A stretch of DNA of 64,000 nucleotides from Atractiella rhizophila (Eukaryota), in assembly GCA_021432655.1 (NCBI GenBank), contig MU271353.1:1-64000 (forward strand), given 5' to 3'. The notes under the pieces are model-generated. The model had not been told where the DNA came from. It ran no database searches and worked only from the letters and a program-made list of their open reading frames with translations. The translations under genes and the position numbers were made by a program. Positions 63,209 to 64,000 of this stretch are shown here, one piece after another. The first letter of the stretch is position 1; each line of letters begins with the position of its first letter.

Positions 63209-64000
63209 ATGCCATCGATAGACCGCTCTCCATCTCCCTCGGCCTCTCCAAAAAAATCCAAGTCGAGCCATAACCAAGATGCTTCTCTCGACATCCTGGA
63301 CGAGCTCTCCACTTCCACAGTCCACCATTCCTTTGGTACCTTGAAGCTCATGAACACGTTCAAGAATCCCTCCACCGTCTCCACTGACTTTCCGGCTCTC
63401 GATAAACTAGTGGAACCCCATATTCAGAGTTTCAATCTGCTATTTGACGGGGTACCCTCAATTAAAGGAGAGCCGTCTACGTCAAAGGGCTTGTTGGACG
63501 TAGCTGTCAAACACTTGAAGAATGTAGTGGTATGGGATGGACGACCGGCTGGTAACGATTTGCCATTTGGCAATAAACTGGAGTGTGAGGACCCCTTCTC
63601 CTGAACTGCAACTTTGAAGACAAATTCATGTGACGAACAGTCCGAATAAATCGAGTCCAAGTCGCGAAACCAACTTTTGAGAACGCGAACGTGACCAGAA
63701 AATATTTTCCAGCTTCTGTACGTATTAAATTGTAACATTTGCGTGAATGACACCAGCCTTCATTAGGCTCGAGAAGGATTACGAACTTATGGAGGCATCA
63801 TGACCGTCGACCTAGGCTGGAGGTGCAACAATGGTTCCTGGGTGTCCAAGCCCTTTTCACTCGGCAAACTGCCGATCATGGTTCGGGTAAGTATTAAATT
63901 GTAACATTTGCGTGAATGACACCAGCCTTCATTAGGCTCGAGAAGGATTACGAACTTATGGAGGAATCATGACCGTCGACCTAGGCTGGAGGTGCAACAA
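63209..64000 (+). CDS. RPA135: RNA polymerase I second-largest subunit, 5' part
   Basis: FKNPS...FPALDKLVEPHIQSFNLLF...GLLDVAV...GNKLE, YFPAS/AREGLRTYGG...LGKLPIMVR. Continues beyond the right edge. Confidence 0.88.
63718..64000 (+). repeat. Tandem duplication of a 169-bp intron+exon unit in RPA135
   Basis: 63718-63886 is repeated from 63887 to the window end, with only 2 visible differences. Confidence 0.95.

Noticed and set aside
1..64000. Secondary-metabolite cluster, CRISPR array, autonomous transposon or prokaryotic HGT island
   Set aside because: No PKS/NRPS/terpene core, repeat-spacer array, transposase/RT ORF or intronless bacterial-type gene block was seen; content is mostly housekeeping.

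Overview
Gene-dense, intron-rich fungal chromosome segment. The ~50-60 nt introns with CTRAC branch sites and the protein styles point to a basidiomycete; the species cannot be determined from the window. It holds about 20 protein-coding genes: two Old Yellow Enzyme paralogs, EMC3, a TCAB1/WDR79-like WD40 protein, a BSP-family peptidase, an ArsB-like permease, mitochondrial uL22 and bS18, RPL13, PNGase A, the complex I 49-kDa subunit, two tandem GH18 chitinases, a divergent AGC kinase, a MINDY deubiquitinase, RPF1, an FBXO31-like F-box protein, a forkhead factor, a CNH-like protein, a formin, an Hsv2/PROPPIN, a large PPR protein and the 5' part of RPA135. There is also one intron-containing tRNA-Leu(CAG) and a 250-N assembly gap. 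CDS coordinates are whole gene spans including introns, inferred by hand from splice signals. I could not establish a new multi-gene system. The strongest oddities are: (1) an old tandem segmental duplication at the left end with apparent reciprocal gene loss; (2) an in-frame 1,425-bp internal duplication and an A6-run frame break in the PPR gene; (3) a 169-bp intron+exon duplication in RPA135; (4) a divergent gene pair whose first introns (1,220 and 643 nt) are 10-20x the local norm; (5) frequent AAG acceptors, GTT donors and a conserved GC-AG intron. Items 2 and 3 cluster together and may be haplotype or assembly artefacts.
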